A program made the translations under genes and the position numbers. A stretch of DNA of 64,000 nucleotides from contig JBMORA010000001.1 in the NCBI GenBank assembly GCA_049320885.1, positions 114,622-178,621 on the forward strand. Reading direction: 5' to 3'. Every line of letters begins with the position of its first letter. Position 1 is the stretch's first letter. The stretch comes from Thermodesulfobacteriota bacterium. Lineage in GTDB: Bacteria; Desulfobacterota; Desulfobacteria; Desulfobacterales; SURF-7. This document shows positions 30,173 through 39,585 of this stretch, piece after piece. The notes beneath the pieces were generated by a model. That model did no database searches and was not told the origin of the DNA. It saw only the letters and a program-made list of their open reading frames with translations.

Positions 30173-32089
30173 ATGTGTGGCATATTCGGTCTTCTGAGCA
30201 CCAAAACCGACCTCGATGTTAAAAAATTCAATCTTCCCTTTGAAACCGACATATTGCGGCATCGCGGGCCCGACGACAATGGACACCACCTGGATCATAA
30301 GGTTTTTCTTGGTCATCGACGCTTAAGCATCATCGATCTGAACACGGGAAAACAGCCGATTTATAACGAGGATCGTACGAAATGCATCATTTTCAACGGG
30401 GAAATTTATAATTTTCAAGCGGTACGCGAAATTCTTCAGCAGCGGGGCCATCGCTTCGCCACCGATAGCGATACGGAAACCATTCTGCATGCATATGAGG
30501 AGTGGAGCACCGAATGCGTCGAAAAGCTCCGTGGCATGTTTGCCTTTGCCATCTGGGATGCTCCACGGCAAAAATTGTTTATCGCCCGGGATCGGTTGGG
30601 AATCAAACCGTTATTTTATGCCATGTGGGATGGTGTCTTTTATTTTGCATCTGAAATGAAAGCAATCCTTCAGTTCCCTGAATTTCCCCGCGTAATGGAT
30701 ATGGATGCACTGGCGGCCTATTTCAGTCTGTCCTACATCCCGGCACCGCTGTCCATTTTCAGACAGATCCGCAAACTGGAACCCGGTCATTTCATGACAG
30801 TGGAAGGAGGCCGCCTCACCATCCGGAAATATTGGGACCTGCATTTTATTCCGGATCGTTCCCGAAATATGAAGAAAAGCATCGATGGTTTCATGGAACT
30901 GCTTTCAGAGGCTGTCCGGATGCACATGATCAGCGATGTGCCCCTGGGGGCTTTTCTCAGTGGTGGAATTGACTCTGGCGCGATTGTGGCTCTGATGAGC
31001 CAGGTAAGCAATGCTCCGGTTAACACCACCAGTATCGGGTTCGGAGGTCAGGTGGGGGGCTATCTGGATGAACGGGGATATGCCCGCCAAGTGGCCGCTC
31101 GATACGGAACCAACCACACCGAATATACGGTTGTTCCACAAGTTTCCGATATTATGCAAGATATAGTTCGCTCGTTTGATGAACCGTTCGCGGATCATTC
31201 CACGGTACCCTCTTTCTATTTATGCCAGAAAACACGTGAAAAAGTCACGGTCGCCCTTTCCGGATTAGGCGGTGATGAACTCTTCGGAGGCTATGAGCGT
31301 TATCTGGGGTTCAAGCTCAGTTCGCTCTATCACAAACTTCCGTCCGTTGTCCGCCGGAAAATCATTAAAAGCCTCATTGAAAAAATACCAGAAAGACCTG
31401 ATGGACATTACACTGTCAACCATTTAAAACGGTTTGTACGTTCGGCCGATTTTGCACAGGATGACAGGTATTATCAGTTTACTTCAATGCTTGGCACCAT
31501 ATCCGCCGGGAATCTGTTTGCGAACTTTAAAACATTTGAAAACGGCTTAGAGCATTGTCGGGAAATGATCACCCGTTATTTCAATGCCGATAATGCCACA
31601 GAGCCACTGGATCGTGTTTTTTATTGTGATATCAAGACGTATCTTCCGGAGGATATCCTGGCCTGTACCGACCGTATGAGCATGCGGCATGCCCTGGAGG
31701 CACGGGTCCCCTTCCTGGACCACAAACTGATGGAATTTTGCGCAACCATACCCAGTGAGATGAAAATCCATCTTTGGCGGAAAAAACATATATTGAAAAA
31801 AGCAATGGCGGACTTGCTTCCCGGAGAGGTCATCTCCCATAGGAAACAAGGTTTTGTGGGGCCGATGACCCAATGGCTGAGAACGGATTTAAAGGAGTAT
31901 GCCGAATCTGTCCTGAACGTACAGAATCTGGATAAACACGGCCTGTTCAATAAACGCATAATCCGAAAAATTTTGGATGAGCATTTCACTCGTGTTGAAA
32001 TTCACGACAAATTAATCTGGTCATTGATGATGTTTCAAGTCTGGTATGAAACCTATATCGAAAATGATTATCCGGTTCACTCTGTCTGA
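30173..32089 (+). CDS. asnB: Asparagine synthase (glutamine-hydrolysing) family amidotransferase
   Basis: MCGI, HRGPD, HRRLSIIDL, FNGEIYN, SDTE, RDRLGIKP, LSGGIDS, SGLGGDELFGGY, RVPFLD. Confidence 0.93.
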   Translation: MCGIFGLLSTKTDLDVKKFNLPFETDILRHRGPDDNGHHLDHKVFLGHRRLSIIDLNTGKQPIYNEDRTKCIIFNGEIYNFQAVREILQQRGHRFATDSDTETILHAYEEWSTECVEKLRGMFAFAIWDAPRQKLFIARDRLGIKPLFYAMWDGVFYFASEMKAILQFPEFPRVMDMDALAAYFSLSYIPAPLSIFRQIRKLEPGHFMTVEGGRLTIRKYWDLHFIPDRSRNMKKSIDGFMELLSEAVRMHMISDVPLGAFLSGGIDSGAIVALMSQVSNAPVNTTSIGFGGQVGGYLDERGYARQVAARYGTNHTEYTVVPQVSDIMQDIVRSFDEPFADHSTVPSFYLCQKTREKVTVALSGLGGDELFGGYERYLGFKLSSLYHKLPSVVRRKIIKSLIEKIPERPDGHYTVNHLKRFVRSADFAQDDRYYQFTSMLGTISAGNLFANFKTFENGLEHCREMITRYFNADNATEPLDRVFYCDIKTYLPEDILACTDRMSMRHALEARVPFLDHKLMEFCATIPSEMKIHLWRKKHILKKAMADLLPGEVISHRKQGFVGPMTQWLRTDLKEYAESVLNVQNLDKHGLFNKRIIRKILDEHFTRVEIHDKLIWSLMMFQVWYETYIENDYPVHSV

Positions 32090-32146
32090 AAAATCCACTT
32101 TCCCATTCTTACAAGATGGGGTATATCTAAAAAACGGCATGTTCTC

Positions 32147-33079
32147 ATGACTCCAGTGACGATTTCCATATTAACGTACAATCGAAGTTCTCTGCTGAAA
32201 ATACTCGTAACGGATCTGACCGCGCTCTCCTATCAGCCCCTTGAAATTATCGTTGTCGACAACCATTCTGAGGATGCCACGGAGCAGATCATGCGCACGG
32301 AATTCCCCGATGTGATTTATGAACGTACGGAAACGAATTTGGGGGCCGGGGCAAGAAACATTGGAATGAAGCGGGCAAGGGGCGATATCGTCATTACACT
32401 GGATGATGACGTTCGCGGTGTTACTGACACGGCAATTTGTGAAATCGTCCGATTGTTTCAAGGCCGCAACCGATTGGCTGCCGTTAATTTTAAGGTATTG
32501 GACCATCAAACCGGCGAAATCTGCAATTGGGTGCACCATTGCCTTCCAGAGGGATTCTGTGGGAGAGAATTCAACACCTACGAAATCACCGAGGGTGCTG
32601 TGGCCTTCCGGAAAACCGCCTTGGAACGAGCCGGGTATTATCCTCAACATTTTTTTCTCAGCCATGAGGGGCCTGACTTGGCCATGCGGTTGCTTGATCA
32701 CGGTTATGACGTTATCTACTCGCCGAATATCGAGGTGATTCATTGCCACTCCCAGCTGGGACGAAAAACATGGACCAATTATTATTATGACAATCGCAAT
32801 TTATTGTGGCTGGCGGCTCGGAATTTTCCTTTATCCTATGCCATTGTTTATTTAATTCGTGGACTGGGGTCCATGCTGGTGTATTCCATCCGGGATGGGT
32901 ATTTCATTTATTGGCTCAAAGGTCTTCGGGACGGCTTCAGAGGCATGGGAGAGGCGTTGAGGGAGCGACGGGTATTGCGGAAACGCACCATACGATTCCT
33001 TAAGGAAATTGACGAAAACAGGCCCGATATCCGCTATATGATTCGGAAACGTCTGTTAAAAAAAGGAATAAGGCTATAG
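32147..33079 (+). CDS. Glycosyltransferase family 2
   Basis: LTYNR, VVDNHSED, ARN.G, LDDD, RN.LW. Confidence 0.88.
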   Translation: MTPVTISILTYNRSSLLKILVTDLTALSYQPLEIIVVDNHSEDATEQIMRTEFPDVIYERTETNLGAGARNIGMKRARGDIVITLDDDVRGVTDTAICEIVRLFQGRNRLAAVNFKVLDHQTGEICNWVHHCLPEGFCGREFNTYEITEGAVAFRKTALERAGYYPQHFFLSHEGPDLAMRLLDHGYDVIYSPNIEVIHCHSQLGRKTWTNYYYDNRNLLWLAARNFPLSYAIVYLIRGLGSMLVYSIRDGYFIYWLKGLRDGFRGMGEALRERRVLRKRTIRFLKEIDENRPDIRYMIRKRLLKKGIRL

Positions 33080-33368
33080 AGTTATTAATGGCAATTCAAT
33101 CTTTCCCAAGGAACGGAAATTTCCATCTTGATCATAATGATGTTTGTAACCTTTTTTAGCCATAATGCAAAAAATGAAACATCGGTTCTACCGAGTATGA
33201 AGCCGACACCCTTTCTTTTCATCCTGCTTCTATGCTATGAAGGAATAATGCGATTGCCGTTGTCCTTGACGGATTATTGGGGAAACACACCAAGATCAAT
33301 AAATAATCAGGTCTTAATGGTTGGACTGAATCACATGCAAGATGAATCGAGGCCACGGTTATTATCGA

Positions 33369-33384
33369 TGGCACAATGCTTGCT
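33369..33384 (+). promoter_or_regulatory. Sigma54 (-24/-12) promoter
   Basis: TGGCACAATGCTTGCT matches TGGCAC-N5-TTGC, about 60 bp upstream of ATG 33444. Confidence 0.78.
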
Positions 33385-33443
33385 TTTATTATGGCAAACA
33401 AAGCATTTGTTGGATTTTTTTAATAGAGAAGGAGGCTACGGCT

Positions 33444-34508
33444 ATGTTTAGAAAAAGCTTATGCATGGGATTAATACTGTTATTGTCCATCCCCGCGGTG
33501 GTGTTTTCTGCGCCATCCATCACCAGTGTTACGGGTACAATCGCCAAAGACGAAATACTGACCATTACCGGGGCGGCTTTTGGTACAAAGGCGACTCCCA
33601 AACCATTCAAATGGGATAATTTTGAAAAAGGAACGCTCGGAGCAAAAGTCGGTGCCCCCAGTTCATTGAGCGCGAATACGACAAATTGGATTCTGAAATC
33701 TTCCGGAGTCGCCGGTCGCGAACCGGTTTACAACGGTACCCAACTACGAAAGAACAGCGCGCGTTCCTCATACCATAACATGTCGGTGCCTGACGAAAAT
33801 TGTTATGGCAGTGGTTTGGGTATCGACTTCGCATCCGAAGATTTTATTTATCTGACCTGGTGGGGATATTATGAAGAGACAGGCAATCCGACCGACAACT
33901 GGAAATACTTCCGGCATTACGGCCCGCCGGTACATGGAATTACGAAATTGACTAGTCCCGTCTATTACATGGAGGGAATTGTAACCGATTATGTTAACAA
34001 ATCCATACCCAACAAGCAATGGGTCAGAATAGAATGTGCCTATAAAGCAGGCCTGGACGGTGCCGCCAAATTCTGGCTTCACACCACTTCACCGGAATCA
34101 ATCATTTTAAACAGCGATATCAGTGGAGATTACTCCGGATCGTTCAAAGAGCTGCGGATCATGGATTATTACCGACGCATGGCCGCGGGCTCCACTGTCG
34201 TGGATCGAGGCCTAAATGCATGGCTTGACGATGTGTACGTCGATACCACCCAGGCGAGGGTGGAAGCGGGGAATATGGAAACCTGGTCCGGCTGTACTCA
34301 CCGTGAAATACAGATTCCCTCTAAATGGGAATCGAATTCCATTTCGATAACCTTCAATCAGGGTTCGTTCGATAACGGGAAAACGGTGTTTGTCTATGTG
34401 GTGGATGCCAATGGGAGCGTCAATACCCAGGGATATCCCGTAACCATCGGCGGTACTGCGGCAGCCACGGCTCCGCCGGCGACCACGTTAAGCATCTCGA
34501 CCAATTGA
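33444..34508 (+). CDS. Secreted protein: IPT/TIG-like Ig fold plus beta-jelly-roll-like insert, function unknown
   Basis: RBS aaggagg, signal peptide (VFS-A), PSITSV..LTITGAAFG, DNFE.G, WLDDVYVD, VYVVDANG. Confidence 0.7.
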   Translation: MFRKSLCMGLILLLSIPAVVFSAPSITSVTGTIAKDEILTITGAAFGTKATPKPFKWDNFEKGTLGAKVGAPSSLSANTTNWILKSSGVAGREPVYNGTQLRKNSARSSYHNMSVPDENCYGSGLGIDFASEDFIYLTWWGYYEETGNPTDNWKYFRHYGPPVHGITKLTSPVYYMEGIVTDYVNKSIPNKQWVRIECAYKAGLDGAAKFWLHTTSPESIILNSDISGDYSGSFKELRIMDYYRRMAAGSTVVDRGLNAWLDDVYVDTTQARVEAGNMETWSGCTHREIQIPSKWESNSISITFNQGSFDNGKTVFVYVVDANGSVNTQGYPVTIGGTAAATAPPATTLSISTN

Positions 34509-34537
34509 TCGTACCCTCGATCATTTTCAGCCATCAC

Positions 34538-34577
34538 AAAAAAGCAGGATCGACATTCCGGTCCTGCTTTTTTTTTT
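34538..34577. terminator. Bidirectional intrinsic terminator
   Basis: aaaaaagcagga ... tcctgc followed by a T run, between convergent genes. Confidence 0.85.
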
Positions 34578-34579
34578 GT

Positions 34580-35665
34580 TCAGGGCGCCACAATATCCCA
34601 AATCCGTTTGGATGCCTTGCCGTCCCACTTCGGTGGCAGACGGCGGTCTTTCATATCACGGGTTTGGCTTTCTCGATAGGCTTTCAGAATTCCGTCCTTT
34701 GATGTTCCGGCAAGGATATTCGTTCCCTGTTCGATGGTGATGGGGCGTTCGGTATTGTCCCGGATGGTGACGCAGGGCACTCCCAGGGCAGTGGTCTCTT
34801 CCTGAAGACCTCCGCTGTCGGTGAGCACCACGGCCGCATCCTTCCACAGAAACAACGCTTCCCTGAAACCCAAGGGCGACAGCAGATGGATGCCCTCTGC
34901 GAATCGGATTCCAAACGTTTCTTTCATCTTGGCGGTTCGCGGATGGATCGGGAAAAGAATGGGTCTTTCCCCTGCAATCGTATTCAAGGCAGATGCGATT
35001 TCCATGAATTTTTCCCGATCATCCACATTGGAAGGCCGGTGGAGGGTCAGAAAAGCATAGCCGGGATTCTGTTTTTTCAGGGTGGCTGTTTCAAAGGTCC
35101 GTTCCGATTCCTGGTTCAGACGGGCATTCTGGTGGAGCAGGTTGTCCACCATGACGTTGCCCACAAAATGAATGCGGCTTTCGGATTTGCCTTCCCGGAC
35201 CAGGTTATTCCGGCCGCTCTCTTCCGTAACAAACAGAAAATCGGAAAGGACATCCGTGACCATGCGGTTGATTTCCTCCGGCATCTGCAGATCGAAACTT
35301 CTCAGGCCGGCCTCCACATGGGCCACCTGAATGCCCAGTTTCTTCGCCACCACGCTGCAGGCCAGGGTTGAATTCACATCCCCCACCACCATCACCAGAT
35401 CCGGCTTCTCCTGTTCGCACACTTTTTCAAATTCCACCATGATCCTGGCAGTCTGCACCGCATGGCTGCCGGATCCGGCATTCAGAAAATGGACCGGCTG
35501 GGGAAGCTCCAGATCGTTGAAAAAAGTCTGGGACATATCATAATCATAGTGCTGGCCGGTGTGCACAATTCTGCAATCCACCAAAGACCGGGCCTTCGAT
35601 TCCCGGTAAATCGGGGCGATTTTCATGAAATTCGGCCTGGCGCCGGCCACAAGCAGCACTTTCAT
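34580..35665 (-). CDS. wecB: UDP-N-acetylglucosamine 2-epimerase (non-hydrolysing)
   Basis: GARPNFMK, HTGQHYD, GDVNST, HVEAGLRS, MPEEINR, TLHRPSNVD, TDSGGLQEE, TERP. Confidence 0.95.
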   Translation of the reverse strand: MKVLLVAGARPNFMKIAPIYRESKARSLVDCRIVHTGQHYDYDMSQTFFNDLELPQPVHFLNAGSGSHAVQTARIMVEFEKVCEQEKPDLVMVVGDVNSTLACSVVAKKLGIQVAHVEAGLRSFDLQMPEEINRMVTDVLSDFLFVTEESGRNNLVREGKSESRIHFVGNVMVDNLLHQNARLNQESERTFETATLKKQNPGYAFLTLHRPSNVDDREKFMEIASALNTIAGERPILFPIHPRTAKMKETFGIRFAEGIHLLSPLGFREALFLWKDAAVVLTDSGGLQEETTALGVPCVTIRDNTERPITIEQGTNILAGTSKDGILKAYRESQTRDMKDRRLPPKWDGKASKRIWDIVAP

Positions 35666-35784
35666 TCCGCATTTCCTTCTTTGTTGGTGTTATTTCTCCG
35701 ATTATACACTTTGCCTGTCTCCGCGAAGACCTGTACTATAGAATAAACAGGTGAAAAGTGCAGCAATAAAATGATCCGGCATTC

Positions 35785-36675
35785 ATGGAATTGAAACAAC
35801 GGCTTTTTTCGAAATCTACCACGCTCTATTGGGCAGGCCCATGTCTCCTGATACTGGCGGTGATGGCATACGGTTATTGGCTGGAGCCTTTCTGGATCAG
35901 GACGACCCATGTGACCATCCCCGATGCACGGTTGAGCCGTATCCTGAAGGACAAAACCGTCATTCAGTTGAGCGATCTGCATATCGAGGGAATCGGCCGG
36001 CGGGAAAAGGCGGTCCTGCGGATATTGCAGGACTTGCGGCCGGATATTCTCCTGCTGACCGGAGATTATGTCCCATGGAAGGGCGACTACCGGCCGGCCC
36101 TGGATTTTTTATCCAGGCTGCGCGCCGGCACCGGGATATGGGCGGTCATGGGAGACCACGATTACAGTAATGACCGGCAGTCCTGCCTGTTCTGCCATGA
36201 ACCGGGAACCGGGAATCCCACACGGCGTCATCCGGTACGGTTTCTGCGCAATTCCCATGATACCATCGCCATCAACGGTGCCACCCTCTGCCTGTATGGC
36301 ATGGATTCCGGCGACATGGATCAAATCACGGAAAAAGCAGGAGCGACATGGGTCGGTGACAACCACCCCCTTATCGGGTTGGCCCATGACCCCTTATTGT
36401 TCGACACCGTTCATGATGATTCCGATATGGTTCTTCTGGCTGGCGACACCCATGGCGGTCAGATCGGATTTCTGAATGGTCTCGCCGGGTTTCTTGGATA
36501 TGAAAAAAACGATCGTTATCATTACGGCCTGTTCCGCCATGGTAAAAAACAACTGTTCGTCAGCAGGGGAATCGGGACCAGCCATGTGCCGATCCGGTTG
36601 CTGTGCCGGCCGGAAATTGTCGTCTTGCATTTTGTCGATCCGGCGGAGCCCGGAACAACTCCAGGAGGCCGGTAA
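35785..36675 (+). CDS. Membrane-anchored metallophosphoesterase (YkuE-like, divergent)
   Basis: TM followed by EP, QLSDLH, LTGDY, GDHD, AHDP, GDTHGGQ, VSRGIG, RPEI. Confidence 0.82.
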   Translation: MELKQRLFSKSTTLYWAGPCLLILAVMAYGYWLEPFWIRTTHVTIPDARLSRILKDKTVIQLSDLHIEGIGRREKAVLRILQDLRPDILLLTGDYVPWKGDYRPALDFLSRLRAGTGIWAVMGDHDYSNDRQSCLFCHEPGTGNPTRRHPVRFLRNSHDTIAINGATLCLYGMDSGDMDQITEKAGATWVGDNHPLIGLAHDPLLFDTVHDDSDMVLLAGDTHGGQIGFLNGLAGFLGYEKNDRYHYGLFRHGKKQLFVSRGIGTSHVPIRLLCRPEIVVLHFVDPAEPGTTPGGR

Positions 36676-37374
36676 ATGATCAAGGCACCTCACGCTGGAT
36701 ATGGAGCGGCCCATTCGTTCCTGCTGCTGCTGGCGCTGCTGATGTTGCGCGGCTGCGAACCCGGAATGGTGGACGATGCGGTGCTCAACGATTTCGAGTC
36801 GGACGCGGATCTGGACGCGGTGCGCTGGACTTGCGGCCGGCTGTACGCCCTTTCGGAAAACCATGCCACGTCCGGACAAAAATCCCTGGTCATGACCCTG
36901 TATCCGGCTGCCTATCCGGGACTGGCCCTGAGGCTGCGGCAAACCGACTGGCGGGGATTCACCCATCTATGCATGGATATCTTCAATCCCCAACCGGAGA
37001 CATTGTCCATCACGATCCGGGTGGATGACCGCGAGGAGTATCCGCCATATGCGGATCGCTTCAATCAGAGCTTCTCGATGGCACCGGGTAACAATCACCT
37101 GGAGATACCGTTGAACAGCCTGATCACCTCCGGCTCCCGGCGGCCCCTGGACCTGGAAAACATCCGGCGGTTTTTATTTTTCATGGTGGATACGAAACAG
37201 ATCTATCACTTCCATGTCGACAACATCCGTCTCGTGAATGTGCTATCCTTCAACACTGTTTCTCACTCAATCACATACCGGACGACGGTCCACGTCCCGT
37301 TGTCATACAACACCCTGCCGGCATACTGCTTTGCCAGTTCCTTCCTGGTTGCCTCGTCCAGTAGAAATACATAG
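36676..37374 (+). CDS. Putative lipoprotein with a galactose-binding/CBM-like domain
   Basis: Lipobox-like LLMLRGC, LNDFE, DWRGF..L..DI.NP, VDNIRL; the 3' end overlaps the convergent gene. Confidence 0.62.
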   Translation: MIKAPHAGYGAAHSFLLLLALLMLRGCEPGMVDDAVLNDFESDADLDAVRWTCGRLYALSENHATSGQKSLVMTLYPAAYPGLALRLRQTDWRGFTHLCMDIFNPQPETLSITIRVDDREEYPPYADRFNQSFSMAPGNNHLEIPLNSLITSGSRRPLDLENIRRFLFFMVDTKQIYHFHVDNIRLVNVLSFNTVSHSITYRTTVHVPLSYNTLPAYCFASSFLVASSSRNT

Positions 37375-39356
37375 TTTCTCTTCATCAGGACATCCGGGAT
37401 CCGGTATCCCTGGTACACGGCTTCCACGGTCCTGACCCTTTCCTCGATCTCCGCCTTCCCCAGGTATTTGCCCACCTTGCCGAAACGATACCCCTCTAAA
37501 TAAACAGGCCGTTCCGCGAACGTACTGGTCTGGTAGGCCACGGGTCGGCCGTTTTTCAGCTGAATGAACGGCGTGACCACCATGGTGTCCCGGGGAGTGT
37601 TCTCGCGGATATATTGCAGGGCCGCGTAGAGTTTCGGGGTAATAGTCTGATGGGCTTTTCGATAGTCGGTTTTGGAAAATTTGGCATCCATGGCCTGCCC
37701 GATTCTGCCGTACATGAAAAAATTATACGCATAGTCCTTGCGCACCCAGTTCGGCAGGCTCACAAACGGCAACGCCAGGATCACCAGTGCCCCGACCAAT
37801 CCATACAGCCGGCCGTTTCGGTAATAATCGGCCAGCAGGAAAAACACGTTTTCCCTTGCCAGATAGGACACGAAAAACAGATCCAGCAGGAAAACCGCGC
37901 TGGTGATGAAATAGGCCGTATCCTGGGGCCCCAGTCGGATACTGTAGGTGATGGCCAGGGAGCCGAGGATAACAAAGAGAATTTTGGTGTGATTCTCCTC
38001 CATACCAGCGGTTTTCATCCAATAGGGCACCAGCAGGCGGTATGAAAAATACAGCAACAGATAGATGGGCAAAATGCAAATGGTAAATACGGCATGGGCC
38101 GGGAGTTGAAACGATTCCGGCACATATTTGTAAATCACGTCCAGAAACGGCCTGGAAAAGGCATTGCCGGTTACGTATGAAAGCGGAACCAACCAGGCGC
38201 CGGACTTGCCCGCCACCTTATCCACCAGCACCTGCCCCCGAACCGGCAGCCAGAAAAAAGCGCCGTAGGCCGCGGCGAACCCCGTGAGGCCGCCGCCGAT
38301 ATCGGCCAGGTCCCGCCCATTGAACCGCTTCCGGGCAACCTGAAAAACTCCCCAGAAAAGCATACCGGCTGCAAGCGAGGCGCCGATGGAGCCTTTTGCC
38401 GCCGTGGCCAGAAAAAAGCCTGTCAGATAGACCAGGAGGCTGCCGGTTTTGGTATAGCGACCGCTATGGATCATCAGATGGATCACCGTAAAAAGCAGGA
38501 TAATCCCCATGAAATTGGTATTGCTGTTCAGATAGGAGTTGACCTTGACCTCATGAACCAGGGAGAAGCCCCCGCCGAAAAGCAGCACCGCCAGGCCATA
38601 AAATAGATAGGCCCGTTTACCCTTGACGAATTGTTGGAGAAGAAGCGCCATGTTCAGGATCAGAAACGGCACCAGCGGCACGAAACCATATTGCAGGCCC
38701 ACCATATGAGGGACCAGTCCGGTCACAAGCGCCAGGTGCGCGCCGAGAATGTGCACCAGGATATGATAGCCGACACCGGGACGACTCTCCACGTTCAGGG
38801 ACTTGAGGGGAAAGTCCGACACCAGGGAGACCGTATGCCCCGCATTCCAGACATGATCATGGAAAATATCCAGGGGCAGCAGGCCGGGCGTTGCCCTGGA
38901 CAGAAAAAACAGCCCGTTGAGAATCAGAACGAACAAGAGAAAAACCGCAAGGGTCCAGCCGGACAAAGCCGCGGCGGCGCGGAAATGGTATCCCGCGGCA
39001 TCCCGGAAAAGGTTCCTGAACGGCCCGGCTAAAAATGCAAGCATTGGCCAGACAACCCCGTAATAAAAACCAGGGAGTCCCGTCAACTGGCCGGCAAGAT
39101 AGGAGGCGCATACATTGGCCAGGCCGAAGATGGTCGCCAGGGGAAGGAGGGTGTCCCAGGCCGGTTGATGCGTGAAATCCCGCTGGAAAAACCGCAAAAA
39201 AACCAGGGCCATGATATATCCCGGCAGGAGCACTGCGACGAAAAAATGGCCCAGGGCCAGAAACACGCCGTCCAAACCGATGGCAAACAGATAAAAGAAC
39301 GCCAGGTTGGCGGCCAGCAACCCAATGGAAACCCCGATGGCAAGAGCTCTCATCAT
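37263..39356 (-). CDS. Polytopic membrane protein, possible GT-C-fold glycosyltransferase
   Basis: About 13-15 hydrophobic segments, periplasmic-like loop DIFHDH..YH, soluble C-terminal ALQYIRENTP; RBS aaaaggag before ATG 39356/39353. Confidence 0.6.
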   Translation of the reverse strand: MMRALAIGVSIGLLAANLAFFYLFAIGLDGVFLALGHFFVAVLLPGYIMALVFLRFFQRDFTHQPAWDTLLPLATIFGLANVCASYLAGQLTGLPGFYYGVVWPMLAFLAGPFRNLFRDAAGYHFRAAAALSGWTLAVFLLFVLILNGLFFLSRATPGLLPLDIFHDHVWNAGHTVSLVSDFPLKSLNVESRPGVGYHILVHILGAHLALVTGLVPHMVGLQYGFVPLVPFLILNMALLLQQFVKGKRAYLFYGLAVLLFGGGFSLVHEVKVNSYLNSNTNFMGIILLFTVIHLMIHSGRYTKTGSLLVYLTGFFLATAAKGSIGASLAAGMLFWGVFQVARKRFNGRDLADIGGGLTGFAAAYGAFFWLPVRGQVLVDKVAGKSGAWLVPLSYVTGNAFSRPFLDVIYKYVPESFQLPAHAVFTICILPIYLLLYFSYRLLVPYWMKTAGMEENHTKILFVILGSLAITYSIRLGPQDTAYFITSAVFLLDLFFVSYLARENVFFLLADYYRNGRLYGLVGALVILALPFVSLPNWVRKDYAYNFFMYGRIGQAMDAKFSKTDYRKAHQTITPKLYAALQYIRENTPRDTMVVTPFIQLKNGRPVAYQTSTFAERPVYLEGYRFGKVGKYLGKAEIEERVRTVEAVYQGYRIPDVLMKRNYVFLLDEATRKELAKQYAGRVLYDNGTWTVVRYVIE

Positions 39357-39448
39357 GACTCCTTTTGTTCTGGTCTCCCGCCTTGGCGGAAGCAACGGAA
39401 GAAGGACCTGTCGGCGTGTCACTCTATAGAAGGAACGGGATTGTTATA

Positions 39449-39490
39449 TTCCGACTTCTGATTCCTGTCTACTGACTTCTATGAAGTCAG
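39449..39490. repeat. Heptamer array ending in a hairpin
   Basis: ttccgac ttctgat tcctgtc tactgac ttct; ctgacttc-tat-gaagtcag is a perfect 8-bp stem (39472-39490). Same unit type as 15000-15067. Confidence 0.6.
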
Positions 39491-39539
39491 CAAAGTTTTC
39501 TTGTGGATGGATATTTGGGGGGTTGACGGACAGGAGAAT

Positions 39540-39576
39540 CGTGTTCCCCGTGCGCCATCGGCGCACAGGGAACACG
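39540..39576 (-). terminator. 3' hairpin of paralogue 1 (terminator or stabiliser)
   Basis: cgtgttccccgtgcgcc-atc-ggcgcacagggaacacg; no clear poly-U tail. Confidence 0.55.
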
Positions 39577-39585
39577 GATGGAACG

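Noticed and set aside
33128..33451. 107-aa ORF upstream of the secreted protein
   Set aside because: TTG start, no motifs, and it overlaps the sigma54 promoter region; probably non-coding regulatory DNA.
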